Shown here: positions 8,573-17,073 of the stretch, piece after piece | Position numbering within the stretch: position 1 is the first letter of the stretch | Layout of the letters: each line of letters starts with the position of its first letter | Origin: an uncultured bacterium | GTDB taxonomy: Bacteria; Verrucomicrobiota; Lentisphaeria; Victivallales; UBA1829 | DNA: 64,000 bases | Assembly: GCA_902802585.1 (NCBI GenBank) | Contig: CADCMR010000012.1 | Location: 229-64,228 of the forward strand | Direction: 5' to 3' | The notes under the pieces: model-generated | What the model saw: the letters and a program-made list of their open reading frames with translations, nothing else | What the model was told of the DNA's origin: nothing | Database searches by the model: none | Position numbers and translations under genes: made by a program

Positions 8573-8600
8573 AATATAGCACGGTTCAGAACAAAGTCAA
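8573..8600 (-). promoter_or_regulatory. Sigma-70-type promoter for the ATPase gene
   Basis: Minus strand: TTGACT (8595-8600), 16-nt spacer ending GTGC, TATATT (8573-8578). Confidence 0.5.
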
Positions 8601-8863
8601 GCCAATTTGGTATTTTAAAAGAACCAAATCTTGTTTAGCCTGTATTCTTTGGGTAACCAATCCCGCATTTCTTAACCAGAAAGGAACCCTTTCAATGCAA
8701 ATTCAAAACGTACCGATCGCATTGGTGAAGCCCTGTGAGAAGAACTCGCGGTTCATAATTGAGATCTTCGTTTTTTGCTCCCGCCTGAAATCAGGTCGCT
8801 TTTGCAACTTAGTTTAAGGTCTGCGGGGGTGGCTTCGTACCACCCCACACAGACCCGTGACCA

Positions 8864-9511
8864 TTAGTCCGCAATCCGAAATTTGCCCTTAACATCGCTC
8901 TTCACGATGCGTGGATTCTCCTTCGTGCTGATCTCGCGGAAGATGGAACCATATAAAGTCTGTTCCGGAGTCTTGCAGTCGGTGGGCGTCCAGAGGTGAC
9001 GGTCGAGGATGGCTTCGAGGATCTCTTTCGCGTTCATCGGGTGGTCGGGTCCGACCGCCTTCAGAACTTCGACGGCAGCGTTGAGGAGCGACATGCGCCT
9101 CTGCGGCTTGTCGGACTCATGCGCGGGGTTGGTCGCATATTCGTCTTCCTCGTCCTCGCCAGAGGGCGTGAACTCGGCCGCCTCGTCTTCGGGGAGGACT
9201 TCGACGGTGGCGGGTTCGCTGGGTTCCGATTCTTCGGGCTGCCCTGCGGTGTTGACCTCGGACTGTTCCTCGGTCTCGGCTTCGGTCTGCTCGGCGGCCT
9301 CGGTGTTGGTTGGCGTGACGGGTTGTTCCTGTTCGGTCGCATCCCCGCCGAGCTCGACCCGGCTGGACGGAACGTTGAACTCTTTGTTCTTGCCGAGGCT
9401 GCACACGCGCAGACCGTCTTCCAAAATCTGGATGACCTTTGCATGGATGAGGTTCTTGCCGACCTTGACGCGGATGATGCTTCCGATTTTGACTTCGCTA
9501 ATGTTGCTCAT
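8864..9511 (-). CDS. SH3/KOW-like N-terminal domain, acidic linker and C-terminal HARE-HTH domain protein
   Basis: The C-terminus MSLLNAAVEVLKAVGPDHPMNAKEILEAILDRHLWTPTDCKTPEQTLYGSIFREI...GKFRI matches the HARE-HTH (RpoE delta N-terminal-like) pattern. The middle is a low-complexity E/T/P-rich linker. AGGAGG lies 6 nt upstream of the ATG. Confidence 0.65.
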   Translation of the reverse strand: MSNISEVKIGSIIRVKVGKNLIHAKVIQILEDGLRVCSLGKNKEFNVPSSRVELGGDATEQEQPVTPTNTEAAEQTEAETEEQSEVNTAGQPEESEPSEPATVEVLPEDEAAEFTPSGEDEEDEYATNPAHESDKPQRRMSLLNAAVEVLKAVGPDHPMNAKEILEAILDRHLWTPTDCKTPEQTLYGSIFREISTKENPRIVKSDVKGKFRIAD

Positions 9512-9944
9512 GGATGACCTCCTGTTGGTTGGGTGTTTGTGAGCATGTACGAGGTGGATGACATTACTTAAAGCATGCCATTGCGTTTAATCCAGTTGAA
9601 ACAACGGAATAAACCGGATAAAAACCGATTTGAGCCGAATCAGAACAATGAAAACGAACTTAACAAAGCCTGGACAACTCGTCCCCTGATGATGCGGGGA
9701 TGATGTTGCCCAGGCTAACAATTAATTAAAGAAAGGAATTGATATGACCCAAGAAAAAGAAAACTTCAAACTTTTGTGCCGCCTTCTCGCTGCTGCGATC
9801 CTCCGTTTATATGGGGCTGAGTTGAATGTTTGCGTAGAAAGTACGAAATAAACTCGCTATCAGATTTGCTATTTGCTCGAAGCGATGCTTTAATGATGTC
9901 CAGCTCGAATCCGAGCAAAACAAACACAAAACAAGGAGATTAGG

Positions 9945-10370
9945 ATGAACGAACTTGCTAACAACGTCCGAAGCGAACTGCTCGCGCTTCAGACGATGAA
10001 CGAAAAAGAGCTCAGAACCAAATGGGAGGCGCTGTATGGGAAGGAAGCCCCGAATTGCGGTACTCCATTTCTGCGCCGGAGACTGGCGTACCGTGTTCAG
10101 GAACTTGCATATGGCGGAGTGACCAAGGAGACGCTCAGAAAGATCAGGAGCGTCACTGTTGCACAGATTCGAAAACCGAAACCGAAAGTCAATCTTCGCG
10201 TCGGGACGAGTATCAGCCGCATCTGGCATCATCAGAAATACGAAGTGACAATTCTACAAAACGGGTTTGAGTGGAACGGGCAGGTGTACACCTCACTGTC
10301 CACAATAGCCACAAAAATCTGCGGAGTTAATCGCAACGGATTCGAATTCTTTGGAATCCAGAAAGGATGA
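9945..10370 (+). CDS. DUF2924-like protein (recombinase-associated)
   Basis: The pattern L..L..M....LR.KWEALYG...P......LRRRLAYRVQELAYGG is typical of DUF2924 proteins encoded upstream of serine recombinases. The SD is AAGGAG. Its stop overlaps the next start (ATGA). Confidence 0.6.
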   Translation: MNELANNVRSELLALQTMNEKELRTKWEALYGKEAPNCGTPFLRRRLAYRVQELAYGGVTKETLRKIRSVTVAQIRKPKPKVNLRVGTSISRIWHHQKYEVTILQNGFEWNGQVYTSLSTIATKICGVNRNGFEFFGIQKG

Positions 10371-11719
10371 GCATGGAGGGAAAGGAAACCAAACGTGTTG
10401 CCGTTTACACGAGAAAAAGCACGGAAGAGGGTCTCGACATGGAGTTCAACAGTCTGGACGCCCAGCGCGAGGCAGGGGAGGCATTCGTCGCTAGTCAGAA
10501 AAGCAAAGGCTGGGTGTGCTTGCCGGAGCATTATGATGATGGCGGATACAGCGGCGGGACCACGGATCGTCCCGCCCTCAAACGCCTCCTGGCAGATGTG
10601 GAACAGGGAAAGATCGATATTATCTGCGTCTACAAGATCGACCGACTGAGCAGAAGCCTGCACGATTTCGCGGACATGCTGGACTTCTTCGACAAGAAGG
10701 GTGTCGACTTCGTTTCCGTAACGCAGGACATCAACACCAGCACATCAGCCGGACGCATGATGTTGAACATCCTGATAACGTTTGCTCAGTATGAGCGTGA
10801 GATTATCGCGGAACGCATACGCGACAAAATCGCCTCTTCAAAACAGAAAGGGATGAACACAGGCGGCATCCCGCCGATGGGATATGAATCCGACCCGACG
10901 ACCAAAAAGCTTTACATCGTCCCGGAGGAGGCCGAGATTGTGCGGAGAATATTCGAAACCTACCTCAGACTTGGTTCGGCGCGGGATACTGCAGCAGAAC
11001 TTGACAAGGCAGGAGTGCATAAACGCATTCGCGTCAGCAAACGAAGCGGGATTCGGCGTGGTGGCGGCAAGCTTACAAACGCATATATCTATGGTATCCT
11101 CAGGAACCCGGCCTACGTCGGATATGTCAAACATTACGACAAACTCTTTTCCGGGGAGCACGAGGCTATCATCTCAAGGGAAGTCTGGGAGAGCACGCAA
11201 AAGCTTCTTAAGGAAAACAGCCCCTATGAAGGAAGTCCTTCCAGCGTGCGACGTATCATGCCGTTTCAGCGTATTGTCCGATGTGGATACTGCGGGGGTG
11301 CGATGAAGGCAGCCTACACTAAAAAGACCAAAAACAAAACCTATCGTTACCTTATTTGCGAAGCGGACAGCAAACGCATCAATTCATCCTGTCCTCTGCA
11401 ACGCATTCCGCTGAACGAGCTCGAAAAGATCGTTATTGAGGACATCAATGTCATGTTGTCCAAACCGGAGACCGTTTTCGGGATTCTGTCGGAGGCGAAA
11501 GGGCTGGACCCGAACGGGTGTAACCTCACCGAGGAGCAGATTCGCAAGTCCTTCTCCAACCTCAGCGCCGTTTGGGATGTCATGTATCCCGTCGAAAAAT
11601 ACAAGCTTATTCAGACCATGATCAAGAATATCACCGTCTTCCGCGATCGCATAAAGATCGAGTACAATAAGGACGCCCTTGGCGGCCTTGTCCATGAACA
11701 GAAGGGAAAGAATGTATGA
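10367..11719 (+). CDS. Large serine recombinase (resolvase/invertase catalytic domain, recombinase domain and zinc ribbon)
   Basis: VAVYTRKSTEEG...SLDAQREA...DDGGYSGGTTDRPALKRLL...IDIICVYKIDRLSRS...VSVTQDINTSTSAGRMMLNILITFAQYEREIIAERIRDK. The C-terminal part has CGYCGG...CEAD...SCP cysteines. Confidence 0.92.
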   Translation: MSMEGKETKRVAVYTRKSTEEGLDMEFNSLDAQREAGEAFVASQKSKGWVCLPEHYDDGGYSGGTTDRPALKRLLADVEQGKIDIICVYKIDRLSRSLHDFADMLDFFDKKGVDFVSVTQDINTSTSAGRMMLNILITFAQYEREIIAERIRDKIASSKQKGMNTGGIPPMGYESDPTTKKLYIVPEEAEIVRRIFETYLRLGSARDTAAELDKAGVHKRIRVSKRSGIRRGGGKLTNAYIYGILRNPAYVGYVKHYDKLFSGEHEAIISREVWESTQKLLKENSPYEGSPSSVRRIMPFQRIVRCGYCGGAMKAAYTKKTKNKTYRYLICEADSKRINSSCPLQRIPLNELEKIVIEDINVMLSKPETVFGILSEAKGLDPNGCNLTEEQIRKSFSNLSAVWDVMYPVEKYKLIQTMIKNITVFRDRIKIEYNKDALGGLVHEQKGKNV

Positions 11720-12141
11720 TGACACGTTCCGTTCAGCCGCTCGTCAACGGCAATATAGAGGTCACTATCCCCATCTATATCCGTCGTGAGGGGACCAGGG
11801 TTTTCATGAACAAAAACAGCGAGAATGATAAAACCGAAGACGGGGAACTCTCCCCGCTTCGCCGCAGGGTCATCATGGGATTTCAGCTTCTCGACAAATG
11901 GGAGAAAAATCCTTTGCTGTCCTCCACGGCATTGGCCGAAGAAGAAACAATGGATCGCTCCTTGCTTTGTAAGATTATGAGCTTGGCCAACCTTGCACCG
12001 GACATCGTTGAGGGCATCATGAGTGACCCGCCTGCGTTTGACTTCTCCGTCAAAAAGATCTTCTCCCACCGTCTGCCCGCCGACTGGAACGAACAGCGGA
12101 AATTCCTGGGGCTGCCGGAGAAGGACTACACGGCAAAGTGA
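11716..12141 (+). CDS. Small recombinase-operon protein with a ParB/KorB-like HTH segment
   Basis: ATGA start/stop overlap with the recombinase gene. The segment LLCKIMSLANLAPDIVEGIMS resembles the HTH/linker of ParB-type proteins. Confidence 0.5.
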   Translation: MMTRSVQPLVNGNIEVTIPIYIRREGTRVFMNKNSENDKTEDGELSPLRRRVIMGFQLLDKWEKNPLLSSTALAEEETMDRSLLCKIMSLANLAPDIVEGIMSDPPAFDFSVKKIFSHRLPADWNEQRKFLGLPEKDYTAK

Positions 12142-12313
12142 AGGAAGGCTGGCTTCGGCATAGAGGGGGTGCCGGGGCCAGGATACAACTCGAATATGGA
12201 TGCGGGGAAAGTGTAACGCTGCGCGAAAAACACAGAATGGTTGTAACGGCACCGCTATTACAGGTACAACTCCGACCATTTTTGAGCTCATTAAATTTTC
12301 GCGCGGTGACACA

Positions 12314-12351
12314 AAAACTGCTAATTGGACATGGCGAATTTTAGCAGTTTT
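12314..12351. repeat. Perfect 11-bp inverted repeat AAAACTGCTAA / TTAGCAGTTTT separated by 16 bp
   Basis: Read directly: arms at 12314-12324 and 12341-12351. It lies between the recombinase operon and tRNA-Phe. Confidence 0.7.
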
Positions 12352-12433
12352 GCGATTCAAGGGCCCAAACAGGGGGTGTAACCGGTATGAAAAGGGCCGC
12401 AGATAGCAGTCCTGAGTTCACATTTCTGAGGGT

Positions 12434-12465
12434 AAAAAACAAAAAACCCGGCGGGAACCGTCGGG
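12434..12465 (-). terminator. Intrinsic terminator of tRNA-Phe
   Basis: Minus strand: CCCGACGG-uuc-CCGCCGGG followed by UUUUUUGUUUUUU, starting 15 nt after the tRNA CCA end. Confidence 0.6.
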
Positions 12466-12479
12466 CTTGAAGAATCGAA

Positions 12480-12555
12480 TGGTGGCAAGGACCAGGATCG
12501 AACTGGTGACACACGGATTTTCAATCCGTTGCTCTACCAACTGAGCTACCCCGCC
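12480..12555 (-). tRNA. tRNA-Phe (anticodon GAA), CCA encoded
   Basis: The reverse complement GGCGGGGTAGCTCAGTTGGTAGAGCAACGGATTGAAAATCCGTGTGTCACCAGTTCGATCCTGGTCCTTGCCACCA folds as a canonical cloverleaf. The anticodon loop is TTGAAAA and the T-loop is TTCGATC. Confidence 0.95.
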
Positions 12556-12814
12556 ACAGAATGGAATTTAATATACACCCCATTCGAGCTTTTTCAAGCA
12601 GAATCCGGAAAAAAAGACGAAAAAAGTGGTCGGAACGACCCGGATTGAGTTTGTCCCGTCGGGCATACACAAACGCGTCATGTCAATGCGGACAGCCTAC
12701 GACCTGACATTTCCTATGGATTCCGAAAGCGCCTGTCTCATGAAACGGACTAGCCCCCATTTTCGGCAGGCTGCTTGGAAAAAGACCGGAACAATGGACA
12801 ACAGGACGGAAGCA

Positions 12815-14176
12815 TCACTTGAACTGAACCCAGTCGACATGCATCAGAACGCCGTCTGGCATCGTGACAAAGAGATTATGCACGCCCTTCAGCTGTTTCA
12901 GGACAGCGGCGGAAGCGTCCTGCCATTCGTCCTTTGCCACAACCGGAATCCTTGCAATCAACTCGCCGTCCACGGCGTCCGCATGGAATTCAATGGTTCC
13001 GCTGCCGCCGACCCGCGCGAACACATGGACGATGGCGGTCGACAGGTCTTTCTCGCCGAAATCCACGCGGTCGTATTCGATCCAGATCGGGCGGCGGTAG
13101 TTGTCCTTGTTGCGGAACACAGTCTTCCATCCGGCGAACGGGTCTTCCGTGCGGTTGTACTCGACCCATACGTGGTTTGGGTCGCCAATGGCGGAATAGC
13201 GGTCAATCTGGATCCTGTTGGTCGCCGGAGTGATCCCAACGCCGCGCTGGGTCGGCACGATCGGCTTGATGGTTCCGTCTTCGTTGAATGTCAGATACTC
13301 CGCGCAGATGGAGCGGTTCACATCGTGTTCGCGGCAGTAGTCGTTGTGGTGGTAGAAGAAATACCACTGCCCCTTGTACTCCACGACGGAGTGATGGTTC
13401 GTCCAGCAGTCCGTATTCTGCTCCATGATCTTGCCTTTATACTCGAACGGTCCCATGGGGTTGTCGCCCATGCAGTAGCAGATGCACTCAGTCTGACGTT
13501 CGCACCACGGGAACGAATAGTAGTATTTGCCGTTGCGCTTGAACATGAACGGACCTTCCTTCAGTCCGTTTCTCGGCACGTTGTGGTTGACCGTGACGAC
13601 TTCCGAGTCCAGTTCCACCATGTTGTCCTTGAGCCTTGCGACGACGAGGACGTTGCCCTGCGCCTGCCAGGTCAGGTACGGCGTGCCGTCGTCATCGATG
13701 AAAATGCACGGATCAATGCCGTTTACGCCGGGAATCGGCTTTTCCTGCGGCACATAGGGACCTTCGGGTTTGTCGGCTATCGCCACGCCGATCGCGTTGC
13801 GTCCGTCTTTCTGGTGGGCGGGGAAATAGAAATAGTATTTGCCGTTTTTATAGTTGCAGTCGGGCGCCCACATGGAATAGCTCTTGCCATCGACCCACGG
13901 CACTTTTTCCTGGTCAACGATGACCCCGTGATCGGTCCAGTCGAAGAGGTTTTCGGAGGAATACACATGGTAGTCCGGCATGTTGAAGCCTTTTTTGTTC
14001 CGCGATCCCGCGGGCGCCGGAATGTCGTGCGACGGGAAAACGTACATTCTGCCGTTGAACACGTGGGCGGACGGGTCGGCGGAGAATGCTCCGGAAATCA
14101 GCGGATTCTCCGCGAATGCCGGGACTGCGGCCGAGGCTGCAATTGCTGCGATACAGATGGTTTTGTCGAGTTTCAT
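12815..14176 (-). CDS. Secreted glycoside hydrolase family 43 (beta-xylosidase/alpha-L-arabinofuranosidase type) with a C-terminal CBM6-like domain
   Basis: The signal peptide is MKLDKTICIAAIAASAAVPAFA. GH43 motifs are SADPSAHVFNGRMYVFPSHD, WAPD and GPFMFKRNGKYYYSF. The C-terminal ~130 aa are beta-sandwich-like. Confidence 0.88.
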   Translation of the reverse strand: MKLDKTICIAAIAASAAVPAFAENPLISGAFSADPSAHVFNGRMYVFPSHDIPAPAGSRNKKGFNMPDYHVYSSENLFDWTDHGVIVDQEKVPWVDGKSYSMWAPDCNYKNGKYYFYFPAHQKDGRNAIGVAIADKPEGPYVPQEKPIPGVNGIDPCIFIDDDGTPYLTWQAQGNVLVVARLKDNMVELDSEVVTVNHNVPRNGLKEGPFMFKRNGKYYYSFPWCERQTECICYCMGDNPMGPFEYKGKIMEQNTDCWTNHHSVVEYKGQWYFFYHHNDYCREHDVNRSICAEYLTFNEDGTIKPIVPTQRGVGITPATNRIQIDRYSAIGDPNHVWVEYNRTEDPFAGWKTVFRNKDNYRRPIWIEYDRVDFGEKDLSTAIVHVFARVGGSGTIEFHADAVDGELIARIPVVAKDEWQDASAAVLKQLKGVHNLFVTMPDGVLMHVDWVQFK

Positions 14177-14261
14177 GGTTCGTTTCCTTCTTGCTTGAAA
14201 CGGTTATGGTTTTACGGCGTTTTCAATAAATGAAAAACCGGAGTACGCGGAAGCTCATGGT

Positions 14262-16178
14262 TCAGTTGAACAGGCTTGAAAGTTTATCAATGGTCAGCGG
14301 TTTCAGCAGTGTTCCCGTGAACCCGTGTTCGGCGAAGTTTTTCTGTTCCTCTGTGTCGGCGGTTACCACATAGACCGAAAGTCCGGCGAAACGCGCCTCA
14401 GCCCGGATGGCGGAAGCCAGTTCCCTGCCGGTCTTTTTCGGCATCCACATGTCGGTCAGGACCAGATCGAACGGCTTTTCCGACGCCTGAATCTTTTCCC
14501 AGGCATCCTGCCCGTCAACGGCGGTCACGACGTCGCGTATCCCGATTTTTGCAAGCAGCGCCTTCAGGACGGCGAGGTTCAGCGGGACGTCGTCCACGAT
14601 CAGGATATGAAGATTTTCCGCATTTTTCCGTCTTTCACGCGTTTCCCCGGCGCATATTCCGGCATCCCGTTGTGCGGAGGGGGAATCCTGCCATGAAGCA
14701 ATGCCGCTTCCCGCATTGGAAATGGGACCGGCGGTTTTCACATCATAAAGTTCCAACGTGAATGTGGAGCCTTTTCCCAGTTCGGAATCCAACGAGAATT
14801 TACCACCCATGCTGGCGGCAAGCTGTTTGCAGATGGCGAGACCGAGCCCGGTTCCCTTGATCCTGGCATCCGTGTCGACCTGCACAAACGGACTCATCAG
14901 TTTGTCCTTGTCCTCATCCGGAATGCCGCAGCCCGTATCCGAGACGGAGATTGAGAAGATGCTGCCCTCTCCGACGCTTTTTTCCTGGAACGAGGTCCTG
15001 ACACGGATTTCTCCGCGCTCCGTGAACTTGACGGCATTGCCGATCAGGTTGAACAGTATCTGGCGGATTCGATGCGGGTCGATTTCAAGCAGCGGCATTG
15101 CGCCGTACTCCTCTTTCAGCTCGACGTTGCCGCCCTTGACGATTACGTCGAAGGAATGGAGCACGGAGGAAACGAGCTTGCGGACGTCGGTCGGCTCCGG
15201 CTTGATGGTCATCTTGCCGGATTCGAGCTTGGAGAGGTCCAGTACGTCGTTAATCAGCTGAAGCAGCGTCTGTCCACTGGTGGAAATGGCGGACAGCGCC
15301 TTGTCGCGTTCCAGTTCGTCCGCGATCCCGCCGAGGAGGAGTTCGGAGTAGCCGATGATGGCATTGAGCGGCGTGCGGATGTCATGGCTCACGGTGCTGA
15401 AGAACAGGCTTCTGGCTTTTTCAGCTGCGCGGGCGCGTTCCAATGCTTTCTCTAGCTCCGCCATGTGCTTGGCGGTCTGTTCGAGCTCAATCGCGGCTTT
15501 TCGCTGGTTGTCGCGTTCATCCTGGATGACGAAGACATGGAAAAAGCAGTTCCCGACGAGGCAGCCGAGCGCATAGAACGGCCAGAGAGGCCATTCGATC
15601 TGAAGGAAAACCGCCACAGCCATGGTGAGGCAGAACAGAAAAACCGCCGCATATCGCCTGCGCATGGAATCCCGGCAGGCAAGAATCTTCATGAACACGA
15701 AGACCGTCATCAAAACGATTAAGGCAACCAGAGGATAGAATATGAGGTGGCGCAGGGGACCGGCGGCGTAATCCCCCTTCTCGTCGAAAAGAAAAAGGCA
15801 GTTGTTGAAGAAATTCGCAGCCAGCAGCACGACGTACAGGGACAGAAGCGCATATCCGAACAGGGATAGCATGCGCGCCTTCCATCCGCCGACACCCAGG
15901 TAGGCGCTGACAAAATGGCACAGCGTGAGAACCGATATGGCAATCGCGACGTAGTAAAGCGTCGTGTCGAGATACAGGACCCGGGTCCAGCCCAGTCCGG
16001 CAAGAACGCCCCAGCCCGCATCCACGATATAGTAGATGAAGACGCCCGCCAGAAAGAGGCGATATTCGCGGGCGCCGCGTGCGCTGGACACCTTTCGTCC
16101 GGGGAGCATGTCGAAGTTGATGATCAGATGGATCACCATTGCCAGGAATGCGATTACGGAATAGATATAGTCCTGCAT
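14262..16178 (-). CDS. Hybrid sensor histidine kinase/response regulator with a multi-TM N-terminal sensor
   Basis: About 6-7 N-terminal hydrophobic helices, H-box FFSTVSHDIRTPLNAIIGYSELL, HATPase_c G-boxes (DTGCGIP, GTGLGLAI) and a C-terminal receiver ILIVDDVPLN...DLVLTDMWMPKKTG. Confidence 0.92.
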   Translation of the reverse strand: MQDYIYSVIAFLAMVIHLIINFDMLPGRKVSSARGAREYRLFLAGVFIYYIVDAGWGVLAGLGWTRVLYLDTTLYYVAIAISVLTLCHFVSAYLGVGGWKARMLSLFGYALLSLYVVLLAANFFNNCLFLFDEKGDYAAGPLRHLIFYPLVALIVLMTVFVFMKILACRDSMRRRYAAVFLFCLTMAVAVFLQIEWPLWPFYALGCLVGNCFFHVFVIQDERDNQRKAAIELEQTAKHMAELEKALERARAAEKARSLFFSTVSHDIRTPLNAIIGYSELLLGGIADELERDKALSAISTSGQTLLQLINDVLDLSKLESGKMTIKPEPTDVRKLVSSVLHSFDVIVKGGNVELKEEYGAMPLLEIDPHRIRQILFNLIGNAVKFTERGEIRVRTSFQEKSVGEGSIFSISVSDTGCGIPDEDKDKLMSPFVQVDTDARIKGTGLGLAICKQLAASMGGKFSLDSELGKGSTFTLELYDVKTAGPISNAGSGIASWQDSPSAQRDAGICAGETRERRKNAENLHILIVDDVPLNLAVLKALLAKIGIRDVVTAVDGQDAWEKIQASEKPFDLVLTDMWMPKKTGRELASAIRAEARFAGLSVYVVTADTEEQKNFAEHGFTGTLLKPLTIDKLSSLFN

Positions 16179-16322
16179 CGCATCACCTGACGCCTGTCGT
16201 ATGAAGAATTACTTTCCGCCAGGAAAGGGGGGACGCAAAAACCATTCGTTCTCTCTCATGGGGTGTAGACAAGTTGACTTTATTTCAGCGTGAAAAAGCA
16301 ATATCCATGCAATAGCTGTTAT

Positions 16323-16350
16323 ATTATAGCCTTCATCCGATTTTTTTCAA
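16323..16350 (-). promoter_or_regulatory. Sigma-70-type promoter for the hybrid kinase gene
   Basis: Minus strand: TTGAAA (16345-16350), 16-nt spacer, TATAAT (16323-16328). This implies a leader of about 135 nt. Confidence 0.5.
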
Positions 16351-16480
16351 GCTCAAGCCATGTTTTTCCCGAAAAAAAACAGGTTCCGCTTCCATAACGG
16401 ATTCGACGATGGCGCACAATGATGAAGAACAAGCTACCGGAAAATATTGAAAAAAAGTGAGATAGGTCTCGTTTCCCGGC

Positions 16481-16509
16481 TTGACATTTTCACGACATGG
16501 GGATAAATT
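16481..16509 (+). promoter_or_regulatory. Candidate promoter for the giant gene
   Basis: TTGACA (16481-16486), 17-nt spacer, TAAATT (16504-16509). This implies a leader of about 560 nt. Confidence 0.4.
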
Positions 16510-17073
16510 GTCTATGGATTCCGGCTCCGTACCAAGCGGAGAACGGTTTTCAAGCTCATTTCTGTTACATTCCTGCAAAAGAACATGTGGATTCGCCAAG
16601 TTTCTAAAATGCTCTTTTGCTCTTGAGAAAGAAGTCCCGGCACAGGATGCATTGTGGTTTCGTGTTCCGCCGGGCACTTCTTTGCTCGTCTCAAGGGCGG
16701 ATTTCCGGCGGACCGCATATTCGCACAAGGGGAAGGCGTCCGGCTTTTTGGTCAAGATGCACTCCGCAAGCAGAAACATAATCCCTTTCGAGGTTGTCAT
16801 GCCCGTGTCCGTCAGTCCATACCGCCAGCATCCGTCTTCAGCCGGAAGTCCGCACTTCCGGCAGGGCACGGCATATTCCGCGTCGAATCCTGAACCGCGG
16901 GTCCAAGCAAGTTCAATTTCATCTCCCGGCGAACAATCAGTCTATGCCAATCGCCGTTCTCCCATACAATTCGCCGTCCGCGTCCTCAATCCGGACTCGT
17001 TTTCATCCGGCGAAGAGCATTTCTCAATTCGATTCAAATCAAAATCAACATATCACGACAAGGTGAGCATAAA

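Noticed and set aside
9744-9851. 35-codon ORF (MTQEKENFKLLCRLLAAAILRLYGAELNVCVESTK) in the divergent region between the HARE-HTH and DUF2924 genes.
   Set aside because: It has a plausible SD, but it is too short and lacks any motif. It cannot be supported without conservation or expression data.
12480-12555. tRNA-Phe as the integration site of the element.
   Set aside because: The tRNA and its downstream terminator are intact with no duplicated 3' segment visible. The element encodes a serine rather than a tyrosine recombinase. Adjacency alone is not evidence.
12626-14233. 535-aa plus-strand ORF overlapping the GH43 gene.
   Set aside because: The opposite strand encodes a protein with a signal peptide and clear GH43 motifs. 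This ORF is low-complexity and shadow-like.
16227-16242. GGGGGGACGCAAAAACC, reminiscent of the GGGACGCAAAGCC element of c-di-GMP-I (GEMM-I) riboswitches, which often precede adhesin genes.
   Set aside because: Only one half-motif is present (no GGCAAACC partner helix). It lies upstream of the predicted giant-gene promoter and within the leader of the oppositely oriented kinase gene. It is most likely chance.
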